Part shown: one piece after another, positions 62,200 through 64,000 of the stretch
How the letters are laid out: every line of letters begins with the position of its first letter
Numbering within the stretch: position 1 is the first letter of the stretch
Source: Lepidodermella squamata
Lineage: Eukaryota; Animalia; Gastrotricha
Reading direction: 5' to 3'
DNA length: 64,000 bases
NCBI GenBank assembly: GCA_047495785.1
Contig: JBLDXI010000015.1
Location: 744,001 to 808,000 of the forward strand
Notes under the pieces: generated by a model
The model's input: only the letters and a program-made list of their open reading frames with translations
The model's database searches: none
Told to the model about the DNA's origin: nothing
Position numbers and translations under genes: made by a program

Positions 62200-64000
62200 T
62201 CAAGCTACATGAGCTTTCTCACGTTCAACGAGACCTTCACAGTTTGTGCAAGATAGTGACGCCTCGTTGACCACAGATTGTAGATGCTGCGACTGCGACA
62301 TGGCAGCAGCCGATAACGCTGACGTGATTGTGCTATTTGGCGAGAAAATGTCTTTATTCGTGCCACGCTCCAGCATTTGAACAAAATGAACGGTTTGCTG
62401 GCTGTGATGATGCACCACACCGGGCTGGTTTTGCTGCTCTTCGAACTTGTCGTTTTGCTCATCACTCCAGCTGATCTCCTCATTCTGAGCCGTGAAATTC
62501 GTCGCCAACAAATTTTTCGGCGGCTCTTGTTTGGTCTCGCGCAACATTTTGACGGCCAGCGCCATAATTGCTCCCAAAATGATCAAGTTGCCGATAATTG
62601 AATAAATATCTAAAAACTGCGGTTATCACCAAAAAACTGTCTAGTAGCGCATCAAACCTGGGAAAATGCCGAAAAATGTGATTTGAAAGACCAAGGCAAA
62701 GACAGGCATGGTAGATCTTGCAATGCTAACAACACCAGCTTTTTCGTTCTGACAGGCGTAGATTAGCAATGCTTGAGCTGGAAGCGCTGTAAAACCAATC
62801 GCCAGAACTATGAGTTTTTGATCGAGACCACATGGCGGCCACCGAGCGACTCCGAGGATGAAAACAAATGGCCACGATATAATTGAGGATAGATAGCTAA
62901 ACATGAGCTGCTGACTGGAAAAATGAACTCTGGAAATGGATAATTTTACATCAATTTTCCGTCAAATCAGTTGAAGACTAACGATTTCATTGTCCTCATG
63001 ATGACAGTAGTGAAAGCAGTGGCCAATGCTCCTCCTAGCGCGTAAGCCAGGCCAATCAACCGCTTTTGAAGGCCATCGGTTAGTAGGGAGAAGTCGAAAA
63101 GCCATGAAGGCTGTGCATTTAAAGTTACGCCACAAATGACGGCAAGAGCGCACAGAATTTCTATGAAAATATAATAAATAATCTACGGTTTGTTTCAAAA
63201 TTTCTTACCTGCCATTCCGAATTTTTCTTTTAGAATAATGCGAGCGAAAATACTGCAGAAAATTGGAGCCGCATTTGAAACAACTGTCGCATCACTCAGA
63301 GGAATGTAATCAATAGCCTGGAATGGAACGCTGCTACGAAAAATCGAATAAAAAAGCAAAAATTTACCTGGTAGATGAGTAAAATCGCGAAAGAACTTCC
63401 AATCGACCTCAGCAGCATCGGCCACCATAATCTGAAAAAGAATCGCACATCGTAAAGAGAATCCAACGAAACAGAAAGTTTTAAATTCAGAATTCAGAGG
63501 TCAGGATTCGGCAATTATTAATTTATTAATTTTTGCTAACTTTGTATGTATTTAATTTAGAAATGTGCACGGACATTTTCCCCATAATTTCAAGGTATTT
63601 ATTAATGAGCTTACCTCAATTCATGGCGCTTGAAATACATTGGTTTTTGATAGTAAGCAGCGACAGGAAGGCTGAAAAATTCGACAGGAAATTTCACATT
63701 TAATTCACGAAATTTCAGCGATTTACCAGTAAAAAATGAGCAATGTTTGCCGCCACGCAAATACTTCAACCGGATCGAAATTTTCCTCGAGATACTCCGA
63801 AATCGCGTAGTTAACCGCGGAGAAAAATGCGGAGAAAACCGCGGCTGTGATACCGGCAAGCCGAGCGAAACATGCCATGTTACTAGGCGAAAACAGCCAC
63901 CAATAAATTGCGCCAAGAAACCAGCACGGCTTGCACCCGGCCGCAACTTTGGGCGCTATTCCACCAACGGGTGACATAAGGCCCAAATCGACCAATGACG
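62200..64000 (-). CDS. SLC35G1-like EamA/DMT-family transporter, probably 5'-truncated by the window edge
   Basis: Spliced motifs WWPMLLRSIGSSFAILLIYQ / AIDYIPLSDATVVSNAAPIFCSIFARIILKE / QALLIYACQNEKAGVVSIARS...FALVFQITFFG. The frame is open to the window end. Confidence 0.85.

Noticed and set aside
1-64000. CRISPR arrays, rRNA, prokaryotic operons, telomeric arrays
   Set aside because: None seen. The window is intron-containing eukaryotic DNA, and its short repeats (e.g. ~34300, ~53695, ~57640) are simple local duplications.

Overview
This is eukaryotic DNA, most likely an invertebrate metazoan, with GT-AG introns that are mostly about 50 nt long. The species cannot be identified from the window. 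From left to right it contains: two small MITE-like elements; four paralogous secreted 18-cysteine proteins arranged as two head-to-head pairs; a GC-rich structured segment between a TATA box and a T6 run (candidate Pol III ncRNA); a small heat-shock protein with a ~290-aa G/S/F/Y/P low-complexity N-terminus; a ~5,600-aa MAM/LDLRA/PAN type I membrane receptor (MALRD-like); a two-domain cysteine-free lipocalin; an SLC13 pseudogene relic; a GPI-type S1 serine protease; an SLC13 transporter; an HSD17B12-like SDR; an intronless GABA-B-like class C GPCR; GCN2 (EIF2AK4, 8 exons, minus strand); and a probably 5'-truncated SLC35G-like transporter. GCN2 has unusually large introns, which hold a toti-like dsRNA virus RdRp fossil, a CACTA/EnSpm-like transposase remnant, and an array of six single-TM microprotein ORFs, five of which share an upstream ACGYGAC motif. 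The best candidates for undescribed biology are the nested microprotein array, the mirror-arranged 18-Cys pairs, the viral fossil and the candidate ncRNA. All gene models were assembled by eye and no database searches were run.
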